Below are positions 26,480 to 39,340 of a stretch of 64,000 nt of DNA, in pieces; the first letter of the stretch is position 1; each line of letters opens with the position of its first letter. The stretch comes from Phoronis australis (taxonomy: Eukaryota > Animalia > Phoronida): the NCBI GenBank assembly GCA_002633005.1, contig NMRA01000071.1, positions 1,073,961 through 1,137,960 of the forward strand, read 5' to 3'. A model generated the notes under the pieces. It searched no databases and was not told the DNA's origin. It worked only from the letters and a program-made list of their open reading frames with translations. The position numbers and the translations under genes were made by a program.

Positions 26480-28195
26480 TATTGCGTCACTTATTGTTCA
26501 CTTTCTATTTTCGCCGATTCTTCAATCAACTGTTCTTCTTACACCAGGATGCGTACACGTCACAACAAATTATCTGAACTGGTTTCACTTCATTTTAAGT
26601 TTTAGATATTTGATACTGAAAGACCGAATTTCAGACTTACATTTGCTACTCCCAAGCACAGGCGCTTGGGTTTATCGCAAATGACGTCACTCAATAATCT
26701 ATATAAGAAAACATAAAGGTTGGACACTTAAACTTTGCCAAGCCGAGGCTCCCAACTTCAACCGTCCAGAATCCAAATAAAATCTGCGTGCACCTCCCTC
26801 AGTCTAGTGTTGCATAAACCTTCGAAGCCTTATCTTTCCTAGATCCCATTAACTGACTTCGTGAGTGGTGAATTGGCGATGGAATTTCCAAAACAATCTC
26901 AAAACTCTGAATTCAAGGACCTGAAATAGTAAACATGGCGGATTTCAGTTGTGCTTGAACTTGTACGCCTGACGTAGGTGAAACTTCGAGTTTGAGCAAG
27001 CAACTTATATTTCAAATTCAATAATACTAATCCAAAACTCAACTAATTGAGAATGTTAAAGTTAGTATTTTAATGATTATTTGTAACTTTATTCCACTGA
27101 CGGCTCATTTTAGCCCTTAACTTAGAATTTTATTGCATAAACTGGCGTATCTTGTTTCTCATCTTGACATCACGCACTTTTTTGATTGAAGCACAACACA
27201 CACTCGGCCAGGAAACGCAGTCCGTGCATGTATTACAATGCGCGTGGCCGAAGAGTTAACTCAATGCTTTTGGCCGAAAGTAAAACATTCATAAGAAATC
27301 ACAGTACACAAAAAACTTCGCATATCAATACAGTATCAGGATAATTCATATTTGACATAAATATGTGAGTAATTACATTTATTTGGCAATAAAGTGCTCT
27401 CTGCTTCTCATGATCAAGTAGTCGATGGATTGACGGCGAAAGCCGCGCGAAATTAGATTTTCGGATTTAGCTCGGGAGCTTCCGTCAAAACCCGGATGTG
27501 CGAAGACCGTCTGCCATCATATAATATTATAGTCTATGCTGCCATGACATCACGGAATTAGGTCCTTGAATTTGTGATTTCGACATTCTTTTGGCATTTT
27601 GTCGCCAAATCACCACTCGAAGGCAATTTGAAGAGATCAAAGGACAGAAGGTATTCTAAGAGTTGTTCGATGCTAGTTTCGTGGAGTTCCACGCACATTT
27701 GAGTAGAAAATTTTTAGGAAACAGATTTCGAGTGTCCAACCTTTATGTTTTCTTATATATATTATTGAGTGACGTCATTTGCGATAAACCCAAGCGCCTG
27801 TGCTCCCAAGCTATCATCATCTCTAGAGCGACATCGCAAAAAATTAGGAAATGGCGCGTTCGTGTGAGACGAGCGTACTGTTTTCAAAATGACGACATAC
27901 TTTTCATTGTTGGAAAGGCGTAGAGTTACGCAAGAAACTAGCGTTTATTGCATTGTTTTTTCACTTGAACGGCTGCAACGGACAAGATGACTGTCCGTTG
28001 ATTCCTATATTTCCATGTACCCCGTAAGGTCTGTTGCTTTACATGTGGATTCTGTACAAGTATAACGGCGAGGTGGTGAGAGAACTACCCTGGCAGTGTG
28101 CAGTTTCGGGGTCAAGGGAAGAAATACACACCGTGGTACCTAGCTGTATTTTGACGACAGTCTTCGTACAACTACATGTAGCTGGCTGGCTAGCA
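26480..28195 (+). repeat. About 560-bp repeat, copy A (interrupted by the 26657-27802 MITE)
   Basis: c.26480-26656 plus 27811-28195 align continuously with the reverse complement of c.36292-36840. Confidence 0.8.
26657..27802. mobile_element. MITE with long TIRs and 8-bp TSD (P-superfamily-like)
   Basis: CACAGGCGCTTGGGTTTATCGC...GCGATAAACCCAAGCGCCTGTG, with about 73 bp near-perfect and about 280 bp imperfect TIR. CTCCCAAG at 26649-26656 and 27803-27810. CANRG terminus. Confidence 0.85.
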
Positions 28196-29821
28196 ATTCC
28201 CCATCTGCAAATCCCGTCATAAGCGTGGAGGTACTCTACAAATTGTCGCATAATAAGTCGAGAACCCATACATGTAAACACTTTCACTGGCATACCCACA
28301 AGTAATTTGATCAGAGTCATATTTACAGTACTTTTGAGTTAGGCCTACGGACTTCGAACCCTGTTGGGCTTTGTTTCCCTATTAAGATGGAGTCTGCTCC
28401 CGGTTGGCGAAGTAACACTTCTACAAGTTTCGGAAAATTTGATGATCGAACCGGTTGAAGACGTCAAGTCGACATTGACCTACCTTTTGAACTTTGCATG
28501 TCAGAGGTCGCTGTTTAAGTAGTGCGGGAGGTGAATACGGAAAACATTATTTCATGGCCCTATTTCCCTCCACAGATTCAACGCGCGTGGTATAAAATCC
28601 CATGAAACTACATTCTATATCCAATAACATATCAAAACTTACCTAAGTCCGTATTTGGAGTGCGTGATTACTTGTAATACATCGTAAGCAAACGTGATTC
28701 GATCGTCGCGCGTTTTATCACATCTGTGACTTGATAACACGGGCAATTCGTGACAAAGCTACGATTGTGGAGCCCGTTTCTGTCTAAACTTTGTTTGAAA
28801 TCGAACCAACTTGAACTGAACAAAATTGAGTTAACCGTATTTTTTAAATTTGTTAAAAAAACCTCTCCGTTACTTTCAACTACACAGAACACAGAATGTG
28901 TTCGTTGGTCCAAAGATATCAATAAACCTTTTTGAGAGGTCTTGATTTTTGACACTTTAAGCAAATTGAGCAAAGATTGATTAATAGTGCAGGGCGTGTG
29001 TCCACTTATGTCTTGAACCTAGTTAAAATAAAACTGATCACGGACAGTTTGTGGTAAGAAGAACAATGAATAATATCCGGACATGATGCCATGTACAATG
29101 ACTTTAAGTATAAATAGATCGAAGAACCGCAAAGGTTCTTAGTGTTCTTCTTCAAAGCAAAAATCATTTCTCAAAAGCACGCAAGTACCAACTTGGTTGT
29201 ACATGTACATGTACATGTACGAAATATGGCACTAGCTGTCTTATAACTATTCATGGGCTTAAACAGCGTGTGCTATTTTTGAAGAGGCACACTAACTCGG
29301 TTACCAACAACAATATTTACATTATGAAACAACATAGCATTTTTGTCAAACGTAAATGCAAAGTGACAATAAAACAACACATTTCAGTTTGAAATAGTGT
29401 AGTGAATCCATCTACATGTATACGCGATATCTCTGCCATTGTTTTCTTTGGACCATTAATGGTTTATACATGTACATGGGAATTTAAAGGCGAAGGCAAC
29501 ATTTTTCAATGTCATTTTGAGCAAAAATAAGGTTGGTTGGTTATCCTAGACATATTTTCCACTTAATTACAGCTTTTCGTAATTTTAAAAATTACTCGTC
29601 CGCTACTCCTGAAGTGACGTATTAGGAGGCGAGCGTTTCCCGCCACTTGGTTTTGCGTTGACTTTACCGTGCGAATCTGTTCTATTCTACTTTTGTTTTG
29701 TGCTGTTTTTCAACAATTGTAACCACCACTTTCCATCGGTGAGTATTTTGCGGAAAGATAGGTTAGTAGAGAACTGAACTACGTTGGATTAAGGGATTGT
29801 TTAGTGTTTCGTAAGCTGAAA

Positions 29822-30204
29822 ATGGCTGGAGTCGGTGACCGTATCACAGTGACAGTAGTGTGAGTGACGGAGACCTTGTTCACAGCAGTGGTGACCAAGA
29901 CTTTTTTCACGGACATTCAGTGGGTGGGTACATGTTTGCGCCCGAGTATAACGAGGCAGAGTATGCACAGGCACAGGCAGCTGTTGAGAGAAACGAGGCG
30001 GCTACTGAGGACAGACGTGGTGACACATATTGGTGCAACTGCACTGTGTGCGTTGTTATGCCTACCTCAATGGAATGCTTGTGCTGCTCAGAGTTCGACA
30101 AGGCCAAGCCACTACTGGACATGGTTAAGTGGACCTCCGGCATACCACGGACAGAGGAAGAACTGTCCCACCTGCCAGAGTGTCCCGTGACACACTCCCA
30201 CTGA
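29822..30204 (+). pseudogene. KolX-like Cys-rich protein (P2X7 ballast-domain-like), 5' fragment
   Basis: GYMFAPEY...RRGDTYWCNCTVCVVMPTSMECLCCSE fits the Y.FEP / WC.C..C..M....EC.CC.E motif. The nearest ATG (29822) is out of frame. Confidence 0.7.
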
Positions 30205-30340
30205 ATGGTAACCTGAGCACCCAAACTGCTTACATCGTGTCATGTGACTCCCTCGCCACACACCTTCTAAGTATCTCCAACACTTTAGACAAGTCCACAA
30301 TAAACTTATAAATGTTTGGCTCACCGATCTGTTCACTGGA

Positions 30341-30901
30341 CTACGAACTGTCCTCTTCACTGGGTGTCGAACTGAGCCTGTAATCACTCCCACTACTCAA
30401 TATCGCTGCAGGGCTGCTTAGAGGCTCAGGGCTGGAGAAAACAGCACAAAGCAAATCACCACTGGTTCCAGGAATTGCACGCTCTGGGGTACGTTCGGAA
30501 GCACGGGTGACAGTAGATGAAATGCCTCCACTGGCTCCAGTCCTGGCCACAGCTAGCGAGGCTTCTCGCTTCACAAACGCACTTCTCGGGGGTGGAGACG
30601 GGGCACTGCCGGGAATCAACACAGACGGAATGGCATCCTTCTTCAGACGTTGTTTCGCAGGGACCTTCATCAGTTCAGCGTACAAATCCCTTTCGTAATC
30701 GGATGGCAGAAAGTGCTAGCCACACACACGGTAATTCTTCACTTCTTTGTACGTTTCGTGGACGGGTAGCGCTGTGTTCTTCTCACGAACGAGCCAAGTA
30801 CGGCGAAGTGTGTCATCCATCGGAAAGCGATGCAAAGATACTCCCAAAGCGAGCGTGAGCCGATAATTAGTACATCCCAGTACGCAGAAACAGTGTGGCA
30901 T
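30341..30901 (-). pseudogene. THAP-domain transposase N-terminus with nonsense mutation
   Basis: Same THAP as 1-370, but RVCG-K-HF has become RVCG-TAG-HF. No DDE core before the KolX junction. Confidence 0.8.
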
Positions 30902-33060
30902 GTTGACTGACTAGTAAATGAAAGCAAACGACGACGGAACTTAACACAACCGAGGTATAACAATGACTGACTCGGCAGCTCTCACAGTCAGACTATATGA
31001 AAAGAAATTGGCTCGAAATGCTTGCCTCCTAAAACGTCACTTCCGGAGTAATAAAAAAGAAGATATTAAAAGAAAGACAACATGATTTAATAATAATAAT
31101 AAATATTTAATAAACAATTAATAATGAATAGGGCGCCACCAGTAGTTAAGTACGTATACCAAATTTCGATTTATGCAACAGCCAATAGATGGAATTTCGT
31201 AACACATTGTTTGTGCACATATATATGCACATACAAACACACAAATACACATGTATATGTGAACAACATAGATAGTCTGGTCTGGGGATATTGAATGCAA
31301 GTTTGCTGAACAGAAAGAATATAATTAAATTGATTTCTTAAAACTATTTTAAAGTCACCAATGCCATCAAAAGGGGGAGCTTTCTATAAAAAGGAACCGC
31401 TGTAAGAAAATGATTTTTCCAGTTTCGTTACAGGCTTTCAGATGACAGTGAGACCATAGTGCTATAGCGACTGGCAGAAATAGTGAACTTAGCACTTAGG
31501 CACATTTAATTTGAAAAAAGACGTCTATTACCGATTTTCTATATAGTCTAGTGACATCGTTCACTTCAAGTTTGTAATGAAATGGCAGTGACATGAAATG
31601 TGTGGGACAAGAGTGCAAGTAGTAATGATTGTGAAGGTTCCAGGATGAGGAGGGGGTGGCATCTTTGGTCCCACAAATAATTACAAAGCGCGACTATATT
31701 CATACAGCGAGGGCTGCATGTATAACAAAAGCAACTCAAAGCGTTTAAATTCGCCTACAAATACACCACAGTCAGTGTGCTTCAAGGAGTGTTTATTTCT
31801 ATCAAGAATGGCCACTAATTTGCGCAGAACATGACAAATAAATCCGAAAACGGGGGCATGTCATCGTTTATTAAGAGAAAAGTATTTACTAAACTTTAAA
31901 AGGACTTCGAAGCACTTCAGAGAAACAAAGGAAAACGGAATATAAATGAATTGCCACAAGGATGCTCAACGTTCCTTGACTGCGTCTGAAAGTCCTCGTC
32001 TTCAGTTGTCCACTCTATATAGATACACTTGCTCATTCTAACTTCATGTAATAAAGACACAGCATTGGATTTAGGCGATGGAGCCATGGACGCTAAAAGA
32101 CAAAACGACCCCTAGGAGGTGCCACAGTAATCGAAGTCGTCAGAAAATCAATGCAACCGCCCTCTTGACACGAAGAACATGCAAGTCAATTTTCACAATC
32201 ATCCTTACAGTGGTTTGGATGATAGAGGTGCGGGCGACAAAACAGACTATAAAACAGTAAAGATGACGACTAGATGCCGCAAAACACATTGAATCCATCT
32301 GAAAACGGAATCCTACATTTGCCTTTTAGTACAAAGTTGCTTATTAAAATTTATAAAAAAGCCGTCAAGGAACTTTAGAGAAACAGATGAAATCAGAAAA
32401 AAATTAATTAGACAGAGGGTTTTGTCGAATCCGTCTGAAAGTCGTCGTCGTTGGCTGTCAGCTCCATATAATAGATTTGCTAATCAAATAAAGATCGTGC
32501 TTTGAGTTTAGGAGTCACAGCTGTGTGCGCAATACGAACAGAACTGTCATTAGTGGGCGCAGTAAAAATGACACTATGTGGCGCAAAATACATCAAATAA
32601 ATTCGAAAATCGGGGGATATAGCGTCATCTCACCAACTTATGCTGATGTGCCAATTTTCATGGAAATCTGTTGAGAACATTCGAATATACAGAAGATTAC
32701 AAAAGAAACGAAAATTGCCAGAAATTAGGGGAACAACGGTAATCCGATCCCTCCAAAAGCCATCGTGCAAAGCGTTAAGGAGATAGGAGCAAAAGCGCAA
32801 AAACAAACAAAAACGCCACAAAGAGGCGCCAAAGTGGTCAAAGTCGTCGCAAAATCATCGTCATCCTAATTAAAACCTACCTGTATATGTCAACTTTCAT
32901 AATCACCCTTAAGGTAGTTTGGCTCATAGAAGGGAAGACGTCCAAAAACAGACTCGGAAAGTGTACAAAATATCTCAAATCCACCTGAATACCCGTTGAG
33001 GACATAAAATACAGAGGAAAGTGCAAAACTGAAATTGACGGTAGGGTATACACCGGCATT

Positions 33061-34922
33061 CAGACAAGTTGGAAATTCGTCGTCATTCGTCGACAACTTC
33101 ACAGGAACACATCTTCCAAATCTCATCAAGACCCTGTGAGGATTCAAGAGAAACAGCTGCAAATGGCGGACACTGCACAACGGACGCCCAGACAGAGATG
33201 GCGGCAATATGCAGTCACGAAAAAAACACGTGGGCAATCAACAATGTTTTGCTCAGAGCAGTCCATATTGCACACTTTATATTATGTAGCATGTGACTAG
33301 AATATATATAGCTTTAACTTTCATCAGGTTTGGGTATGGAAAATCATATTTGTGATTTTTTCGAGGAACTGTATATTTGGTTCCAGGGGCGGATCTAGAA
33401 TTTTAAGTTGTGGAGGGGCAGGCCAGAGTTTTAGCCAGGATTTTGCCCTTCAGATATTTGCACCCTCCAACTACATGTACCAAGTGGAATCTGATAATTT
33501 TAAGGGGGCATGACCCCTTTGCACCCCCCCTTCTTAAATCCACCACTGGTTTCACGACGGTGCGTTTCAGTGTAAAGAACTGTTGGCAATATCCGCTTGA
33601 TCAGCCACACAGAAAGAATTCTGATTGCATTAGGCAATTTGTGCCATTTTTCATTGGTTTTCTGTATTAGTGTGCACCTTAAAAGCTGTTTCTGTTTGAC
33701 AATTCCCATAGAGAGGTGTAAGTAAAATGTTCCGTTGTATAAAGCGTCCTTCTTCCAATTATTTGAACATTGGCATCCAGGTAATGGCCCCGATCGTTGT
33801 ATTCAAACATTTGCAGGTACACTGTAAATTCAATTATCTTGTTTTTTCTCAAACATGCATAATTGCCATTTTCGGGAAATTGTAAATCGTAATCTCCTCA
33901 TTGCAAGAAGATTAAATTGGTTGTTTGTATCTCTGAACATTGTGCAATTATACAGGTAAAACAAGATGTTGAATAATTTTTAGACCTGTANCAGACAAGT
34001 TGGAAATTCGTCGTCATTCGTCGACAACTTCACAGGAACACATCTTCCAAATCTCATCAAGACCCTGTGAGGATTCAAGAGAAACAGCTGCAAATGGCGG
34101 ACACTGCACAACGGACGCCCAGACAGAGATGGCGGCAATATGCAGTCACGAAAAAAACACGTGGGCAATCAACAATGTTTTGCTCAGAGCAGTCCATATT
34201 GCACACTTTATATTATGTAGCATGTGACTAGAATATATATAGCTTTAACTTTCATCAGGTTTGGGTATGGAAAATCATATTTGTGATTTTTTCGAGGAAC
34301 TGTATATTTGGTTCCAGGGGCGGATCTAGAATTTTAAGTTGTGGAGGGGCAGGCCAGAGTTTTAGCCAGGATTTTGCCCTTCAGATATTTGCACCCTCCA
34401 ACTACATGTACCAAGTGGAATCTGATAATTTTAGGGGGGCATGACCCCTTTGCACCCCCCCCCCCTTCTTAAATCCACCATTGGTTTCACGACGGTGCGT
34501 TTCAGTGTAAAGAACTGTTGGCAATATCCGCTTGATCAGCCACACAGAAAGAATTCTGACTGCATTAGGCAATTTGTGCCATTTTTCATTGGTTTTCTGT
34601 ATTAGTGTGCACCTTAAAAGCTGTTTCTGTTTGACAATTCCCATAGACAGAGGTGTAAGTAAAATGTACCCTTGTATAAAACGTCCTTCTTCCAATTATT
34701 TGAACATTGGCATCCAGGTAATGGCCCCGATCGTTGTATTCAAACATTTGCAGGTACACTGTAAATTATATTGGTTTTTCTCAAACATGCATAATTGCCA
34801 TTTTCGGGAAATTGTAAATCGTAATCTCCTCATTGCAAGAAGATTGAATTGGTTGTTTGTATCTCTGAACATTGTGCAATTATACAGGTAAAACAAGATA
34901 TTGAATAATTTTTAGACCTGTA
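33061..34922. repeat. Near-identical 930-bp tandem duplication joined by one N (probable assembly artefact)
   Basis: 33061-33990 matches 33992-34922 apart from a few SNPs/indels. N at 33991. Confidence 0.9.
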
Positions 34923-36291
34923 TTTTTCAATATTTAGAAGCTTTAGATTTAAATTCTCTCCATGAGCTCTTAAAATCTTATAAAAATGGTCTTATATATC
35001 AAATATCGTCGAACAAAGTTTCTGGAAGTGGTCACTCTTTATAAAAGTTTGAGTCTAATACTCGAATAAAAACTAACAAAAATTAGCGACGCTGCGTCCT
35101 CATCTCATGGACTTCAGCTTGGCTTGTGACGTTATCGTTATTTAGTCTTTCGTGAAGTTGTGAAGTTAAAAATGGATCGTGGACACATATCTGGAATATG
35201 TACCTTGAAATGCCGTCTCGATAGTGGAAATGCTTCAAACGCCAGAACTCAATATTCAAGAGTAAATCGCTAAACAATGGCCGTATTAGAAGGGGAAGGG
35301 GGGCAGTGTGTTCCATGTGCCACTACACATTACTACATGTACACATAACTCATAATTTTGACCGTTGTGACGACAGAATGCAACAAAATGTACTGTGAAC
35401 GGCGACATATAACGTCGCTTGGGGAAAAATGACGGCCTTCCGTAAACATTGAATATTCGAGGTCGCGTCTGGTGTGAGTTGCAATTTTAGATTTGGAAGG
35501 TAAACCGTCTGCTCACTGACAGGAAAGTGGCGCCTATATGTAGCTCTTCTGGAAATTTCAAAGAAAAAAATACAGCTTCAAAGCGCTGGCGATATCGTTC
35601 TATTGAACGACTTGATCACGGAAAATGATTTCATTTTAGGCGAGTGTTGCTCAGCTGTATCCTCAACAAAACTAACAAGCAAAGTAGATCGTTCATTTGT
35701 GACGAATCGCTCGCGAAAAGCGCTTCGAAGAGCTTTTCTGATTGAACACAAGGCAGAGTTGCGTAACTATCGTGTATGACATGTGATGGCATCAAGTCAC
35801 TGATGCGTTCGCAACCCACGTGCATTGTGCTGTTTTTACAAATGCAATGAATTACAAATTCAAGCAATAGGTAAGTTTAACGTTAGATTTTGACTTATAT
35901 GCATGATGGACGTCGCCGTCTTTTTCGGATAAAACAGAGAAAAGATTATGAACGTCACTTATTTTATAATTCTTTTATCCTGTGCAAGTGAGATTCGTGA
36001 CGTTGATGGCAGACGACCTTAAGTTTGAACTCATACAGATATTTCAACAGACGCACCTGAAGCAATTCAGAAAGTCTGTATTTTCATGCCCACGAAAGTT
36101 GTTTGGGTTCTGTCCACATATTTGTAAGTGTATGCCAATTATGAAATCAATATACTTGAAGTGCTGTTTTGTAAAACAGCGTTGTTTACAACCATACATG
36201 TGGAACCCCGTGTTGCTGGCTACAAAATAAGGCCTCCTGCGAAATCTGGCAGATGCTGATACGTGACTTGTCAATATATAACACAAGATAC

Positions 36292-36840
36292 CCTAGCGAG
36301 CCAGCTAGCTGTATGAAGACAGTCGTCAAAATACAGCTAGGTACTACTGTGTGTATTTCTTCCGTAGAAATTGCACACAGTCAGGGTAGTTCTGCTCGTC
36401 ACCTCGCCGTGAAGCATGTATCAACATGTAAAAGTAAAGACCGGACGGGGTGCATGCAAAATCTGGGAATCAACCGACACTCAACTTGCCCGTTACAGCC
36501 ATTTAAGTGAAAAACAAAGCAATAAACGTCATTTTCTTGCGTAACTCTCCTCGTTTTCTAACAATGAAAACTATGTCGTCGTTTTGAAAACAGTACGCTC
36601 GTTGCACCCGGACGCGTCATTTCCAAAAGTTTTGCGACATCTCTCGGGAGATGATGATAGCTTGGCAGCAGCAAAATTTCTTTCTGAAATTCTGTTTGCT
36701 GATATCAAAATTTTAAAAACTTATAATGAAATGAAACCAGTTCCGGTAATTTGTAGTGATGTGTAAGCAACCTCGTGAAAGAAGAACAGATGATTGAAGA
36801 ATCGGCAAAAACAGAAACTGGCCAATAGGTGGCGATATGC
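36292..36840 (-). repeat. About 560-bp repeat, copy B (inverted, empty-site paralog)
   Basis: rc reads TTTGCTGCTGCCAAGCTATCATCATC across the point where copy A carries the MITE. Confidence 0.8.
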
Positions 36841-37517
36841 AACGTTTCCTTTTGTTCAGCTTTAAGTTTATGTATCTTATATAGTTACTAATCATCGGGA
36901 AATTTACCAGCCGGTGGTTTCTATAAAGACAAGTCTAATTTAGGGAGACAGGGCTTATGGGACACGCCGTTAGTTCTGCATGGTTAAGAGGTTTAAACCC
37001 TAAGTGTCGTGGCTCGAGGTCCGGAAACTGAAAGTGTTGAGTCAATTGCCATACACACTGCAGATAAGCACTTATGCCTAGGAAATGCGATATAAATGTT
37101 TAGCATGACGTTGTTTTGACGTCATTAATATAATTAAGACCCAGTGTGACGACAATCCCAAGTCTAAATTGCGTCATCTAGTGCCATGACACGTCATCAC
37201 TAAACATCCGAGTAGCGACGCATGTAACTGTTGAGTGTTGTCTACATGAAACTACACTGTAAGGCACGGTGAAAAGCTTATAAAATTGGGTTGTTGAGTT
37301 AAAGAGAGTCCGCTTGTGACACACGCATGCGCCTAAGTAATGTCATGGCAACGCCTTTTCTAATATTAAGACAGCTTAACTGATGTAGATTTTGTTTAGA
37401 AAGCCAATTTACTTATATTAAAACCATGCTTGTTTTCAAAAAGTTTAGTCGAACCATTGGGTAAGCATTCATTAGCTGTGTTATGGCAGTCATCAATGCT
37501 CAGCTAGCTAAAGATAC

Positions 37518-37584
37518 ATCAATCTATCAACCAATCAATCAATCAACCAATCAATCAATCAACCAATCAATCAATTAATCAATA
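37518..37584. repeat. (CAAT)n-type microsatellite, probable 3' tail of the adjacent minus-strand LINE
   Basis: Imperfect CAAT/CAAC run next to TTTATT (minus-strand AATAAA). Confidence 0.75.
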
Positions 37585-39340
37585 ACCATTTATTTTAGTG
37601 AGCTGTAGCAGTTGCAACCCGGTCAAAACTTGGGCTTATACATGTAAGCCATCATTTCCAAAGTGGACGTACAAACGCATACATGAATACAATGACAACA
37701 AGACAACCAGACCAACCTTGTTAATCGTTATTAACTAAGTAGTACATGTAAATACCTGAGAAATGCAATATCATAAACCCAGCCAACCTTGTTAATCGTT
37801 ATTAACTAAGTAGTAAATTCCTCAGAAATGCATTATCATAAAACCAACAACTAATTTACTCACCATGGTGTTAGTCAGCAAGAAAACAAACTTGTTCTGA
37901 ATTCCTAGCTCACCAAATTAGGGTCAGGGCAATATGACCTACATTTATGCTAATAAGGCGGTTCTGAGACCAGCGTAGATATCTGAGGAAATGTATTTCA
38001 TCTTGAACGCATGAGGCAGTAAAAAACACACACAAACGCTCCTCAACCGGAATAAAAATGCCGAAACAGCTAGTTTCCAATTTAAGCGGCAAGGTTTTAT
38101 AAGCTCTTAGCTTGGATTTGCTCAAAGTTTCAGTGCTCCTTTCAACTCAGAAAGATTCACCAGTTTCGTTTTGGCATTTTTCCTATCGCAAGCAGACCTT
38201 TGATAAATACTTCAATCTGATTATCCTCAGTCAAATTAAAAAAAAAAACAGTTTTTGACCAGTTGTTCTTTGTGTACGTGAGGTCCCAGTAAAATACTTT
38301 CATTGTGGGACGATAATCAGACATGCTAATAAGTTTATTCCAGAGCTGTAATATACACTTATGTCTCAGATTTCAATTGCTGAGCACTACATGTATATCG
38401 TCTGCAACTCAGGCGCCGATTCCTATGAAACTACAATATCAAATATTGTTCTTTTTAAACTATTTCCAGGAGATGTTAAAATTTCACTGCATAGTTGCCG
38501 TTGTTGTCATCTTTGTTATCTCTTTACAAGAAACAAAGCGTTACCTTTAAAACTGTTTCTTTTACATGACAAAACTTGCAACCTACCACGCAAGTACATA
38601 CATATACATGTAGAAAGTGATCCAGTCTGGGTGAATTATTTAAAAAATCTGCCAAAATACGTAAGAAACTTAGGAATTCGGTCTCGTTCGATACGCAGAA
38701 TAATGTCTCGTGGGATATTTCTTCATGATGTACGCCACTCTCGGTAAGTTTTGTGTATATTGCCAGCATACCACAAGGAATTAATTACACTGATTTCCTG
38801 TAGAGTTACAACGGTTAGCTCTTCAAAAAAGTCAATTATAAAAACACTAAAAAGAGTCGTATCACAAGCAGTACACCAAAACCAACAGAGAACAAATTAG
38901 TGGAACAATCTCTAGAAATCTGAACACGAGCCACAGGATCAGAAAAAAATGGGTTTTAGGGCTGTTTACATACATGTATGACCACCAATATTATTGAGTA
39001 AACGTTTATAAAATAAGAAATCTCTACCTACATGTTCAAATGCCTTCTAAAGTCAACAATTGTTAAAAAAGTTGGCAGGCTTTCATTTTTTTCTCTTTTG
39101 GATTATAGACGCCCATGAAAATACATGGTCGATACATGATCTACCTATTCGAAAACCGTTTTGCTCCTCAGCAAGCCGACTACACTTCTCAAAATGTGAC
39201 GATATCCTGGCACTCAAAATACCAATGGGGATTTTATAAACGCAGGAAATCAGGCTGATTCCCCTACATGTATACTTTAATGGAAAAGATGATCCATGTT
39301 TAAACCTCTGGGAATAGGGATAAAGTTGGCTTTCAACCAC
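37585..39340 (-). mobile_element. Decayed LINE (RTE-X-like RT and C-terminal region)
   Basis: RGISLISCVYK, LAEEQNGFRIGRSCIDHVF; C-terminal LPLKLET...VEERLC....VQDEIHFL. Confidence 0.75.

Larger units (their letters stand above)
29488..31050. mobile_element. Kolobok-type transposon, copy 2 (internally deleted, right TIR truncated)
   Basis: TTAA|AGGCGAAGGCAAC left end. c.30543-31050 is closely similar to c.14-519. Convergent KolX-like and THAP relics. Confidence 0.85.

Noticed and set aside
636-29487. One giant composite Kolobok bounded by the two TTAA ends
   Set aside because: The termini at 635 and 29488 belong to elements extending away from this interval; they are opposite ends of two separate same-orientation copies.
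29860-30204. Host P2X7 receptor gene
   Set aside because: There is no channel domain, and the fragment lies inside a TTAA-flanked TIR element opposite a THAP ORF.
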